From Malacoraja senta (lineage: Eukaryota): DNA of 64,000 bases. Below are positions 38,475 through 51,056 of this stretch, in pieces; position 1 is the stretch's first letter, and each line of letters starts with the position of its first letter. The DNA is taken from NCBI GenBank assembly GCA_038087875.1, contig CM075986.1:14384001-14448000 (forward strand), written 5' to 3'. The notes beneath the pieces are model-generated. The model was not told the DNA's origin, did not search any database, and was given only the letters and a program-made list of their open reading frames with translations. The translations under genes and the position numbers were made by a program.

Positions 38475-39814
38475 CTGTTCTGTTGATTACTGGCTGTGGC
38501 CAACAAGAATGGGCATACAGTGTGACCAGCCTCTGTATAAGGCCAACTAATTCCATCACCATTGAGAGGAACACACCATGCAGTTTTGTAACCACTCAAT
38601 GTGGCTGACTTAAAGATCACCACTGAAAATAGAATTCATTCCAGTACCCTGAAAGCCAATAATTATACCTTAGCCGAAGTAAATTTTACTCTCACTAAAG
38701 TAAATAATCTGGTCATCACTGTTTCACTGTTAGTGAATATGGCTGCGTGCAAATTGATGGTTGCATGCCTATATTACAGAAGTGCTTCTAAAATGGTTGT
38801 AAAGTCTGATGTCCTGTGGTCCCCGAAGTCTCTGTAATAATGCAAGTGCTCTTTATTCATTTTAATCTCTGGACATTATGTCTCTTTGAGGCATGCCCAC
38901 CGTACCACCACCCCAACAAGTTGACCTGCTCGTCTGCTGCATCTTTTCCAGTTTCTCAGCATTGTACGGAAGTGTGTAAGCAGCACTCTGATTTCTCTCC
39001 CTCACTCCTTCCCTGTGAAACAGAAACAGAAATGCTGGAAGAACTCTGCCAGTCAATCAGCATCCGTGGAAGGAAAAAAACAGTTAACGTTTCAGGTCGA
39101 GGTCCTTTCCCCAGAGCATCTTTGTCTCCTGGGCCCGACCCTCCATAGTGTTGATGGGAGCTGTAGACACAGGGCAGACCCTGGTGTGACGTGGCAAGAC
39201 TTCTGTGAGGATCACCATCGCAAAAGAAAACCCCAAACTTTTCAGATGCTGTAAATCTAACATTGAAACAAAATGCTGGTGATAGTCAGCAGGTCAGGCA
39301 GCATCTGTGGAGAAAGTAGCAGAGTTAGAGTATTTCAGGTCAATGGCCTCTCTGAAGAATGTTGGTTCTATTTCCTTCTCCATAGATAGTGCTGAACTGT
39401 TCAGAGTTTGGAGCATTTTCTGCTTTAAACCTCCCCTCCCCCCCCCCATCATCCAATAAATAGTCTTTCCCGATTTATTAAATGCAAATGCCATACAACC
39501 ACATTTCTCCTGAATTTTCACCTGCTTCCTTTCTCAAGGCATCAAGGAAGTTCATGACTGTTCTTAAACCTCGACCAGATTCCCAAACACCTCTCGCTGG
39601 TGATTTGTGATTTATGTGTACTTTCAATTTTGTCGCTGCACACTTCCAAGATGTGCTGTCCAAACCCAGATTGTTGGTTGATTCTCTTATCTTCCATTCC
39701 TTCTCTCCAGAGGTGCTGCCTTTCCCACTGAGATACTCCGGCATTTTGTGTCTACCTGTTGGTTGGTTTGATGGGCAAAATTGTTGTCTATGAAGCTAGT
39801 GTGCGCTTTTGGTA

Positions 39815-40830
39815 TTGATATTATCACATGTACCGAGATACTGAGAAAAGCTTTGTTTTACGTGCTATCCGGCAAATCATTCTGAACATGAGTACAATAG
39901 GTTGTGCAAAAAGTGACAGGAAACAGGATGAAAAATATAGAATTACAGGTATCGAGAAGGTACAGATAAAAGTGCGATCGGAAATATGTTCGCTAGCATT
40001 AAAGGTCTATTCAAGAGTCTGATAATAGCAGGGAAGAAGCTGTTCTTTAATCTACTGCTTTCAAGCTTTTGTATCTTGTGCCCAATGAGATGGAAGAAAA
40101 GAGAATGACCAGGCAGTGTGAAATACAGCTGAAGCCGATGGGGAGATGGCTGGTTTGCGTGGTGGACTCGGTAGTTCCTTGCCGTCTTGGGGAGAATCAT
40201 ATCAAGCTATGATGCATCCCGATTCGATATGTTCTATGGTGCATCCGTAGAAACTGGGAAGCGTCATTGACCTACTGAATGTTCTTAATCTTCTGAAGAA
40301 GTGGAGAAGCTGCTGTGGTTTCTTGACTGTAGCATTCATGTGATTGGACCAGGTCAATATGATGGTGATATTTATATTGTTGTAAAATGGGGCATGTATT
40401 CCTGTTTCCCTGTTTCCTGAAAGGGAAGCTGCTTTACTTTGCTAACATTGAGGAAAAGGTGTTGTCTGTGTGCCATGCTACCAGAGTCAAGAGTGTTTTA
40501 TTGTCGCCCATCTCCTTCCAGCACTCTATGTCATCAATGTTTGAGATCCAACCCACAGCGGTAGTGTCATCTGAAAACTTGTTAATGAAGTTGGAATAGA
40601 TCTCAGCCACACAGTCAAGAGTGTATAGGGAGTATAATAAGGCGCTGAGGATGCGGACTTGTCCGGCACCGATATTAAGGATTATCATTGAAGATGTTTT
40701 ATCGCCTATTCTTTTTGCGGTCTGCGCGTCACAAAGTCAATGATCCAATCGCAGGTGGGGGAAGTGGCGAGTCCTAGGACCAGGAGTTTGGAGAAGTGTT
40801 TGGTTGGCATTGAAGATGGAACTGGTCCAG
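39815..40830 (-). mobile_element. Rex1/Babar-type LINE remnant (RT and 3' end)
   Basis: ORF 40434..40688- reads LSALLYSLYTLDCVAEIYSNFINKFSDDTTAVG; ORF 39943- reads SSRLKNSFFPAIIRLLN. Confidence 0.75.
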
Positions 40831-41779
40831 ATCTGATCTCAGCCCCGTGCACCATTACACTGAAGCTGGACGGAAACTTAGCCTTTCAGAATGCACCCCA
40901 CAGCTTCTAGCATCAACAGTGACTTCCCCTGTCTCAGATTATAATCAACATATCATTTAAGGAATGTCTAGACAAACCTATGAATCACCAAAACATAGAA
41001 GGCTGTGGAGCGACTGCTGGTAAATGGAGTTAGTACAGATGAGGCTTGTTCAGCATGGAAGTGGTGGGACGTTCTGTTCTGTAAGATTCTGTGATGTCCA
41101 TTTCTTCCAATATCAGCCATTGATAGAAATTTGGCTAATGCCATTCACATCTCTTCAGACCCAACTTTTGTTCTCACCCCCACCCTCTGCCCATTGCAAT
41201 CCCCTGCACCATCAGCCCCAATCAGATTCTCTCCCGCCTTCCACCCACATCTCAGTGACCTTTCCTTCCTTTCTTCCAACGACCTGCCCTTCTGAATGCG
41301 CATAAACATCCATTTCTGAGGACTTACCAGACTTGCATCTGCTTCTGATCTTCACAGATACTGCAAAAAGTGGACCATTTCTTTCAATTCGGCTGCATCC
41401 ACAGCACCTGGACTCGGCATTGATTTGTTTGCCCGCACTTTCCTCCAGAAGTTCACAAATGGAGGAGAAACATTATTTAAAACTTTTCAGTCATTCCAGT
41501 CAGGTTGACCAATGTGTTTAAGTAACAATGTGTCAGCTGAAGTAACTGAAATCCTGTTACATGGATGTGTGTAGAATGGGGCTTAATAAGATGGCCAACC
41601 AGGGTGGAGGAGGGGTGGGTGGGGGGGGGCATTGGTGATGGTGGTGAGAGGAGGAGGAGTATTAAATATTGTTTTGTGCAGTGCATTAATTGATAATTTT
41701 GTTGTGTAAGGGACTTGGGGGGAAGAGTAATCATAATATGGTAGAACTTTAATTGAGTATGAAAATAATAACATTCAGT

Positions 41780-42900
41780 CCAAGGCTAGGGCAGTGGACC
41801 TAAACACAGGAACCATGAAGGTAAGAGGGAGGTTGTGGTTGATGGGACAATATGTTGAAAGGTGTGATCATTTAAGGAAATGCTGCATAATTTGCAGAAA
41901 CAAAAATATTCCTTTAAGACACAAAAATCTAGGAAAAGTGCCGAAAGGAGAAATTAAAGATAGTGTTAATTCCAAAGTGGAGACACTTAATGTTGCTAGA
42001 AATAGCAGTAGGCTTGAGGATTGGGAGCATTCTGAACCTTGGAAGGAGAACCAAGAAAGTAACAGCAAAGAATGGCAAAGAATGTGAGTGTGAACTGGGA
42101 GGGAACATAAAAATGGGTTCAATGGTATATAAAAAAACATAAAGCGCAAATGTGGATCCTTCAAAGACAGAGACAGAAGTAAAGAAAGAACAGGAATATT
42201 AAATAGCTTCTTTGTGATTTTAAATTCTGGAAGAAATCTTTAAAAAAAAACTGCCAGAAATGCCAGAGAAAAGAGGATCGAGCAGGAATGGGGAAATGAG
42301 TAATAGAGTTCTGGAAAAATTGGTGAGAACGAATCCCAAGTCTTTGCACTCTCCCGGTTTGTAAGAAGTGGTGGCTTTGGAGACAATGCACTCTTTAGAT
42401 TTTGGAATTGTTCCTGCGGATTCGAAGGGTAGCAACTGTTGAGTCCGCCATTTTATGAAGGGGAGAGGAAATGGGGAACTGTTGATCTGTTGGCTCAAGG
42501 TCAATGTTGGGGAAGATGTTGCAGTTTGTGGCGAAGGGTGTAATAACAGAAGAGCTCAAAGAATAACAAGATTCAGTAAAGTCAGCGTAGGTTTATGAGA
42601 AGGAAGTCACGTTTGACTAAACCATCGGAGTTCTCTGGGGATATGACCAGGAAAGTAATGAAAGGGAGAACAAGTGGTCATGGTTTTGTTTAGATATTCA
42701 GACAACTTTTGATAAAGTCCCACAAAGGAGGTTGGATTATAAGGTGAGAGCATACAGAGATAGACAATATATAGATGTGAATTGAGAGAATTGGTTAATG
42801 GCAGAAAACAAAGAGTAGAAATAAAGGAATCATCTTTGGATTGAAAGGCTGTGACCGAGTTAGATCATTACTTGGACCCCTCTATTCACAATCAATATTT
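41780..42900 (+). mobile_element. Decayed CR1 LINE ORF2 (RT region) remnant
   Basis: ttagatattcagacaacttttgataaagtcccacaaagg (DF.KAFDKVPH-like) and A-rich CR1 composition; boundaries approximate. Confidence 0.65.
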
Positions 42901-43769
42901 GACTGAGAATTACTTTCCTTTTTTTTTAAAACCCATTTTCCTCCCTCTTATTGACATGAGTTTGGGTTTGTCTGGCCTCCAACTGCTTGATTGAGTTGTA
43001 GCTCGAGGAGTGGTTTGAGATGTTTTCGCTCTTCGACCTGGCAATTGGCACTAGCTACCCCCAACTCTGGCACAGTTGGAAGGAGCGAGCATGGCCCCTG
43101 GTGAAGTTGCTTTGGCTGATCAGCGCAAGCAGTAACTAAGCAGAAACAAAAGGATAATGAGGACGATGCACTGGAACCTTGCCATGTTTGTCTGGCACGG
43201 TTCCAATCTCCTAGTACTTTGGATTTGGGACCACAGGGGACCAGCGCCAAGAGGTGTTAAAGAAGCCAAATCTTTCCGATGTTGGAAATCTGAAATAAAA
43301 GGCTGGATGCATTTGAAGCTTAAACGCATCTATAGGGAAGGAAATGAAGTTAGTGTTTCAGGTTTATGTGCTTTCTGGAAAACACTCACGGTAGAAGCTT
43401 TAGAGCAAGTGTTGGGGCATGTAAATGGGGTGAGAAAACAGGTGACAAATGGAAAGTGTGTGATGAGGTGAAATGATTAACTGACAGTTCAAGACAGCTA
43501 GATCCAGAAGACATGATGTAGATGTTCCCAACAGGGTACAGAAACCCACCAGCGAAGCCTCCTTCTGCCCAGGAATATGGTACCTGTGTGGCTTTTTATG
43601 CTTCTTTTAGAACCTGCATCTTAAGGGGAAACAAAATACTGTGAATGTTGGAAGTTTGAAGGAAAGGATTCATCTACGTTTGGCACGGCATGGATTACTC
43701 ACAAATAGTCAGCACGATTTTTTCCCGAGGATATCTTGTCTGACTAATTCGCTAATTTGATTGGATTTT

Positions 43770-43985
43770 TCAAAAATATAACATAATGTATGTTATGCGA
43801 TGTGGCCAGGTAAAAGTTGAGGTGCTGATGCAGGAGCTTGCCTTGGGCATTGATGGAACAACACAAGATGCTCAAGACAGATGTCAGACAGGGAGCTGTT
43901 GGAGAATTGAAATGATGGGTGACTGGAAGCTCAGGGTCACGCTGCAGGTTGAATGGAGGTGTTCTATAAAATAAGCACCCAACTA
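43770..43985 (-). mobile_element. Decayed PLE GIY-YIG endonuclease remnant
   Basis: ORF 43744- contains DPELPVTHHFNS...LLHQHLNFYLAT, similar to the remnant at 34096-34238. Confidence 0.5.
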
Positions 43986-44029
43986 TCTCCAATTCTGATG
44001 CGGTCACATATGGAGAACAAATTTTAGAC

Positions 44030-44935
44030 AGCACAGTGGTGCAGATGGTAGAGCTGCTGCCTAACAGTGCCAGAACGCTAGGTTCAATCCTGACCTCCGG
44101 TATTGTCTGTGTGCACCTGTGACCACGTGGGTTTCATCCAGGTGCTCTGGTTTCTTCCCACATCCCAAAGACATGCAGGTTTGCAGGTTAATTGGCCCCT
44201 GTATTAACTCCCTATACACTGGCATCAGCCAATCATCCCTGTCCCGCCTGCAATTGGTCCAAAACGCCGCTGCAAGACTTTTGACGGGTACCCGTAAAAG
44301 GGACCACATCACCCCGATTGGCCTCTCTCCACTGGCTCCCCGGTACGGTACAGAATCAACTTCAAGCTCCTCTTATTCGTATACAAAGCCCTTAACGGGC
44401 GTGCCCCCACCTATATAAAAAATCTGCTAACCCACCATTCTACCTCCAGGTCCCTCAGATCGGCCAACTTGGGGCTACTGACTATCCCGCGGTCCAGGTT
44501 TAAGCTCAGGGGCGACCGCGCTTTTGCGGTTGCAGCACCTAGACTGTGGAACAGCATCCCTCTTCTCATCAGAACTGCGCCCTCCATCGACTCCTTTAAG
44601 TCTAGACTTAAAACCTATTTCTACTCACAAGCGTCTCTTGTGGTCCTCTGAGGGAGCGCTGTATATATGTATTTATGTATGTATTGTTAGATCTATGTAC
44701 CATTGTATGTAGCAAGTTAGTACCTGCACTGATGTAAAGCACTTTGGTCAACGAGAGTTGTTTTTAAATGTGCTGTAGAAATAAAATTGACTTGACTTGA
44801 TTTGACTGTAAATTTCCCTTAGTGTAGGAAGAGGATGCAAAAGTGGGACAACATGGAATTGGTGCGAATGGGTCATCCATTCACACCAATGGACTCAATG
44901 GGCTGAAGGGCCTGTTTTCATGCTGTATCTTTCAA
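44030..44935 (+). mobile_element. HE1-type tRNA-derived SINE interrupted by an L2 insertion
   Basis: A-box tggtgcagatgg, B-box ggttcaatcc; body resumes after 44810 and ends in the CR1-type tail gggctgaagggcctgttt. Confidence 0.8.
44204..44805 (+). mobile_element. Young L2-clade LINE 3' end
   Basis: LSRLQLVQNAAARLLTGTRKRDHITP and RGDRAFAVAAPRLWNSIP motifs, (TTGAC)n tail, short ctgta duplication. Confidence 0.85.
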
Positions 44936-45729
44936 TCAAATGAAGCTGCACACAGACAAGAGTGAGAGAAAACAAGAGCCACAGTGTAAAGTTGATGCAA
45001 AGCACTTCTTCACTAAGCGCAATGAATCTTTGAAATTCTCTCCTCGATGGATGTAAAGGCTTTCCCAGGAGATTTTTGGGAGGGAATGTGTTGATATACA
45101 ATGGTCTTAATTTCTCCCAATCCCTCTGGTTTTTCTAGAAGTTGTTTGCAACCAAATGTTGACACAGGTGGGACCCACTGCCCCCGTGGAGACCTCTCTG
45201 TTTGAATGAGTACCTGAACCAAGAAGCTTTCTAGGAAGGGGATGAATGCTAGATTGAGTTTCTTATTCTGGGCAGTCGGGAAAGAACCTGCATGTTTTCA
45301 AGCTTTTCTGAACACAAGACATTCCATGCAACTTTACAGGCAACAGAGTGTTTTCACAGTATAATTGCTGATGCAGTTTGGGGATTATGGCATCCCCTTC
45401 CGCACAATGAGATTTGATAACATTTACTTCAAAGTTATCTTGATGAATCTAGCCATGATATCAGCAAATCACTTGAGCTTCACATTTGAGCTGCGGGGTC
45501 TGTTTTACATACTGGAGAAAAGGCAGATCCTCAGTTTGATGCCTCCATGGAATGATAGCACGTCCAACAGCCCTTCCATGGTGTTCCCTGATTCTAAATC
45601 AAGTATGTTATCCCCCTCGGCTCAGGTCAACTTCATTTCCTGCTTTGCATCCTCAGCTGCTGCCCGGCAGGTCTACAGGTCTGCATGCTCACCCCTACTG
45701 GCCAATAACCCTCAACAAAATGGAAACTA

Positions 45730-46080
45730 AAGGTAGACAAAAGTGCTGGAGAAACTCAGCGGGTGCAGCAGCATCTATGGAGCAAATATTCGAGCCTGCA
45801 ATTGGTCCAAAACGCCACAGCGAGACTTCTGACGGGTACCCGTAAAAGGGACCACATCACCCCGATTCTGGCCTTTCTCCACTGGCTCCCAGAACGGTAC
45901 AGAATCAACTTCAAGCTGCTCTTATTCGTATACAAATCCCTTAACGGGCGTGCCCCCACCTATATCAAATATCAAACAACGTTGCCTATTTCCTTCGCTC
46001 CATAGATGCTGTTGCACCCGCTGAGTTTCTCCAGCACTTTTGTCTACCTTCGATTTTCCAGCATCTGCAGTTCCTTCTTA
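45730..46080 (+). mobile_element. Palindromic PLE-terminus insertion with an internal L2 fragment (~45793-45965)
   Basis: 16-bp TSD aacaaaatggaaacta at 45714-45729 and 46081-46096; L2 piece encodes LQLVQNATARLLTGTRKRDHITPILAFLHWLP. Confidence 0.85.
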
Positions 46081-46530
46081 AACAAAATGGAAACTAGGTT
46101 TGTCTGGGTTAGACTTGGTTTAGAACAGTGAAGTGTGTAAAACCTCAGTTCAACATGGGTTGTTTATATTTGAGATGCTTGGGTACTCTTTGTACATATT
46201 CCACTTTGTCTGGATAATCGGAAAGCAAGTGTTGCCAGAATATATTGTTGGTTCCTCATTCAACAGAGCAATCAATTCCAAAGCTAGGTACAAATCACTT
46301 GTTTCCTGTGGGACGAATCATTTCTAGGGCACATTGACCAAGGCTATCAGGTTTCTTTTCCGCACTTGAATGGGGTTCCATTTTTAAACATCAGTTGGAT
46401 AGTGTGTTGACATTTACTGATACCCACTCTTTGTTTCCAGATTTTATTATCAAGTTCATAACTGACAACTATTGTGGTGGCCTTTTTGAAAATGTAAAAA
46501 CTATTAATTTAGATGGTTGAAGTTCATTGT

Positions 46531-46732
46531 AGGCAGACGCAAAATGCTGGAGTAACTTATCGGGTCAGGCAGCATCTTTGGAGAAAAGGAGTAGGTGACA
46601 TTTTGGGTCGAGACTCTGAAGAAGGGTCTCGACCCGAAACTTTTCTCCAGAGAGCTGCCTGACCCTCTGCGTTACTCCAGCATTTTGTGTCTATCTTCGG
46701 TGCAAACCAGCATCTGCAGTTCCTTCCCACAC
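46531..46732 (+). mobile_element. Palindromic PLE-terminus insertion
   Basis: 15-bp TSD gttgaagttcattgt at 46516-46530 and 46733-46747; core CTGAAGAagggtctcgacccGAAAC at 46616. Confidence 0.85.
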
Positions 46733-46818
46733 GTTGAAGTTCATTGTTCAGGAGAGCATTTGATTTGGAAGCAGGAGGAGGTGCCTTATCCTTCCTTCAC
46801 ACTCCACTGTTCAATAAG

Positions 46819-46984
46819 GAAATAGGCAACGTTTTGGGTCGAGACCCTTCTGAGTCTGAAGAATGGTCTCGATTCGAAACGTTGCCTATTTCCTTCACTC
46901 CGTAGTTGCTGCCTCACCCGCTGAGTTTCTCCAGCATTTTTGTCTACCTTTGATTTTCCAGCATCTGCAGTTCCTTCTTAAACA
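46819..46984 (+). mobile_element. PLE-terminus insertion with a short inverted arm
   Basis: 15-bp TSD ccactgttcaataag at 46804-46818 and 46985-46999; core CTGAAGA...GAAACGTT at 46856. Confidence 0.85.
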
Positions 46985-49152
46985 CCACTGTTCAATAAGA
47001 TCATTTTCCCTCTGTGCTGCTCCCTCTAGGACTAACCCCATCTCCCTTGATTCCCTGAATATCAAAGCCCAGTCAGATTCTTCACTAATTGTTAATCAGG
47101 TCGCAACCTACTCAACCCAATGAAGGATCTTGACCCGAAACTTCAACATTCCCCCCCCCCCCCCCCCCCCCACCACATACTGCATGACTTGCTGAGATCC
47201 TCCAGCAGTTTGGTTTTTGCTCCAGCTTTCGACGTCAGCAATGTTGTGTTTCCCTCTTAACATACGCCAAAAGTTCAGGAAGGTAATCTGACCCCACTGT
47301 TGTCCCCAGGGTAATTACAGATGGACAGTAAATGCAGTTCTTGCAAGCAGTGGCCACATCCTCTCAACGAATATGTTTTTTTTTAAAAGAAGTGATTTCT
47401 CAGGTTAACGTGCCCACTGCTGAAACTTCTTGGGATGTTGAATCTTAAGCTTCCTGTGTGGAAAACTGTGCAGCTGGAGTCAGGTTTCACATGTAGACTT
47501 ATGAACTGTAAAAGCTTTATTTTAGATCAGCTGAGTTTGCAACTTATTTTTGGGCAAGAGGAATGTGGGGTCAACTAGTTTTATTTGGGTTGAGAGGCCT
47601 TTACATTACAGAGTGGAATGCTGCGGCTTCGCCATCCATTCTAGCGGAGACCCAAGTTTACGTCTCTCAGACGACATTTTGATGCCCACGAGGCAGTTTC
47701 CCAAGTGAGCCAGTTTAAAAAAAGGTAAGAGCAGGGCAAGGAGCGGAGTACTGTACATGTTGCCGACTGCGGCTGTCATGAAACAGACCTGGAGCAATTC
47801 AAAGTTCAGTTCTCTTTATTCTTGACTGCAGCATCACATGCAGGCAGAGGAGATTTGTTAACCTGGCGAAGATAGACACAAAGTGCTGGAGTAACTCAAC
47901 GGGTCAGGCAGCATCTCTGGAGAAAAAGGGTGGGTGACCTTTCGTGTCAGGACCCTTCTTGTGTCATGTTCAGCGCGGACATTGTGGACTGAAGACCCTG
48001 TCCTGTGCTCGACTGTGTCTATGTATCTTCTAAGTAATTCTTAATGGGTTCCAATTGATACCATGGATGCAGCTCATGTGCTGTCCTTGGATGTTTCTTC
48101 AATATTGTTGCAGCTATTGGCAGTTCCCACGATGCATTGGTCCCCAAGGCTAGATTGTTTTCATCTACCCTGACAATGTTTTGGCTCTGTAACACAAATG
48201 AAACCATGATCCATTTGGAGGGGCACCATTTACAGAAGAGGGTTTCCAAGCAGAGCAGTTATAGCCATGGGGTGTCCAAATTCCAGCTTTGTTGCTGCTC
48301 TGTCTTGGTAGACGTTGCAAAGAATGTCCAGCATAGAAGCAAGCTCTTCAGGCAGCTGAGTTCATAAGGTCATAAGGGATAGGAGTAGCATTAGGCCATT
48401 TGGCCCATCAAGTCTACTCCGCCATTCAATCATGGCTGATCTATCTCGCCCTCCTAATCCAGTTCTCATTGGCCATCAAGTACCAATTACCGCTAATCCT
48501 CCATTGATCCCATTATATTCTCCCCACATTCCCACCTGTTTCCCCCAGGTTTACCACTTGCCTGCACTCTGGGGACTATTTACTGAGGCCAGTTGACCAC
48601 CTGACCAGCATGGAGTAAGAATGCATTAAAACTGATTTCAAGATTGTTGAAGCTTATCTACACTGCAGCACTGCATTCCAGAGCCCACAGTAATTAGTCC
48701 AGAAGCCCCTGGAAGTGGAAACATGTTATTCTGTCAATTGGAAGGAAAATTGGAGTGCTTGAGAGCAGAGAAAGGTACCACTGTACAACGACTCCAAACA
48801 AACCAACCAAGATGACTGCTAGTTGTATTGAGTAATGAAGTATGGTGCTGTATGTTTTATACCTCCTCAGGTATTTTGCAATATCCGTGGAGGAACACCC
48901 CTCTCTTAGCTTGGGCAATCAAGATGAATTGGTGGTTAAAGGATGGTCCTCCTGAGAGTGAGTTGGATGCCTGCTCCAATGTCAGCTCAGTTGAAACGTG
49001 ACGTGGGCAGCTACATGGGGCTTGGGGTCAGGCGTATGTATTTTGTCATCTTAGTGCTGTAGTAACTCAGCAGGTCAGACAGTCTCCGTATGCCACCTGA
49101 CCCATCCTTCTCATAGATGGGATATAGAATGATGCTGTCAAAGCACCATAAG

Positions 49153-49430
49153 CACGGCATGGTGGCGCAGCGGTAGAATTACTGCCTTACAACGCTAGAG
49201 GCCCGGGTTCGATCCTGACTGCGGGTGCTTGTCTAAACCGAGTTTGTACATTCTCCCTGTGCCTGCATGGATTTTCTCTGGGATCTCTGTTTGTAGGTTA
49301 ATTGGCTGGGTATAATTGTAAATTGCCCCCCTGTGTGTGTAGATTGTGTAAGTGTGCGGGGATGGCTGCTCGGCGCGTACACGGTGGGCCGAAGGGCCTG
49401 TCTACGCACTGTATCTCCAAATTAAACTAA
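49153..49430 (+). mobile_element. HE1-type tRNA-derived SINE
   Basis: A-box TGGCGCAGCGG, B-box GGTTCGATCC, tail gtgggccgaagggcctg...aaactaaa. Confidence 0.85.
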
Positions 49431-50713
49431 ATTACTTGCTTATCTTATGAAGTGCCGCATACTGTTCAACGGTATGGCTGGATTGTGAACCAGAAACCTG
49501 TGGCTTTGTGTTGCAGTTCAGGAGTAAAACAGATAGTTTGCTCCAGTGAATTGCCAGGGGGTGAGCCTTATTGTCAGAGGTAGCACCTTTTTGACCTGAC
49601 ATTAAAACCGATGACCCATGAACCTCCCAGGAGGATGTAAAATATCTCTTGGCATAGCGTTGGGAAAGAGTTAATCTCAGTGTCCAGGCCAACCTCGATC
49701 TCAATCAAAATCACTAAAACAAGGGGCTGTGAATTAGCTCATTGCACTTCCTGGGAACTTGCTGTACACAGAGATCCTTAATCGGCCAGAATTCCTTTGG
49801 GATGTACTGAGGTATTGAAAGACATCAAATAAAAGCATGTACTTTATTGTCCGTCTGCCTTGCAGAGCTGAAATCTTGTTGGTGGTTTGAAATATAAAGT
49901 AAAAATACTGGAAGTACTCAGCAGGTCCGGCAATATCTTGGAGACATAAATAGAGTTGACGTTTCAGGTCAACAACCCTTCTTCATTTCTCATGAGAAGA
50001 TACTGGGGCTACTTTCGAATCGGCCGTTTCCTGCATTCTCCTATTGAGTTAAACACCAGCGTAAATTTGAATGCAGTATTTGGCTGCCTGAACAACTCGC
50101 CTGTCCTGCCAGCTTCAAAGATCCTCCCAGCCTCGCACTATCCTTCATCCCTCGCTCGGCCCACCGCCCTTTGTTTGCCTGCCCTTGGTGCAGCGTCTTG
50201 AGTGGCACTCCCTGCTCTCTACCTGACTCCAGGTGCACGTGCTACAGAGGTATGGTGCTTGTGCAGTCAGTCATAGTCAGCAAGACGACCAGTAATGGGG
50301 ATGCTGCTCCATAGACTGCAAGCTCTAGAAGGGAGAAACAGCAACAGAGCTGTATGAGGGCTGCCTGCTTTGTTTCATTTATTTATGTTGGGGCATCTGG
50401 GCATTGGCATCAATTATTGCACATCCACAATGCAACTTGGGAAGGTGCTGGTGAGCTGCCACATTGAACTATTGAAGGTGCTCCCACTGAACATCTTTGA
50501 CCTCATGCCTATGAAGGACTGGTAGGCTGTCGCTCCAGGGGACACTTGCTATTGGGATGGTGGACATCTGACCCATGCTGGGATCAGTGTTGCAGCAAGG
50601 CCATAACTTGGGGAAGTGGAGAGGGTTTCAAACCAAACCAAACAGTGCACACAAGGCATCAAAGTTGGATTCAAAGAGCGGAGAGAAGACGAGAGAGAAA
50701 GGCATTAACATGG

Positions 50714-51056
50714 GAAGAGTTAAGATTAACAGGAAGGGATCAAGGGAATACATTGAAAAGTAAGGCTAGAAATTACAAGAAATAATAAAAGGATAAGGGC
50801 TGAAGATTCTGTAGCTGAAGGCATGTAGTTCTTTGAAACAAAACAGATGAACTGAGAACATGGATACAAATGTGTGATCTGATGGTTATTGCAGAGACAT
50901 TGCCTGTTGGTCGACAGGGATTGGGATCTGAACGTTGAAGGCCTCATGGCATTGAGGAAGGACAGGAAGCTGGAGGAATTCATAGTGGTCTTAGTACAAT
51001 GCAGTGGGATGACTTATGTTCAGGAAACCAAGATGTAGGAGCAGTTTAGATGGTCT
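50714..51056 (+). repeat. 343-bp segment of a decayed CR1 remnant, duplicated at 52159-52501
   Basis: Near-identical direct copies offset by 1445 bp (ORFs 50726- and 52171- are almost identical). Confidence 0.9.

Noticed and set aside
45793-45965. L2 fragment as a local copy of the L2 at 44204-44805
   Set aside because: Multiple substitutions and indels separate the two, indicating a different source copy.
49160-49225. tRNA-like sequence with A and B boxes
   Set aside because: It is the head of an HE1-type SINE and continues into the SINE body and tail; not a tRNA gene.
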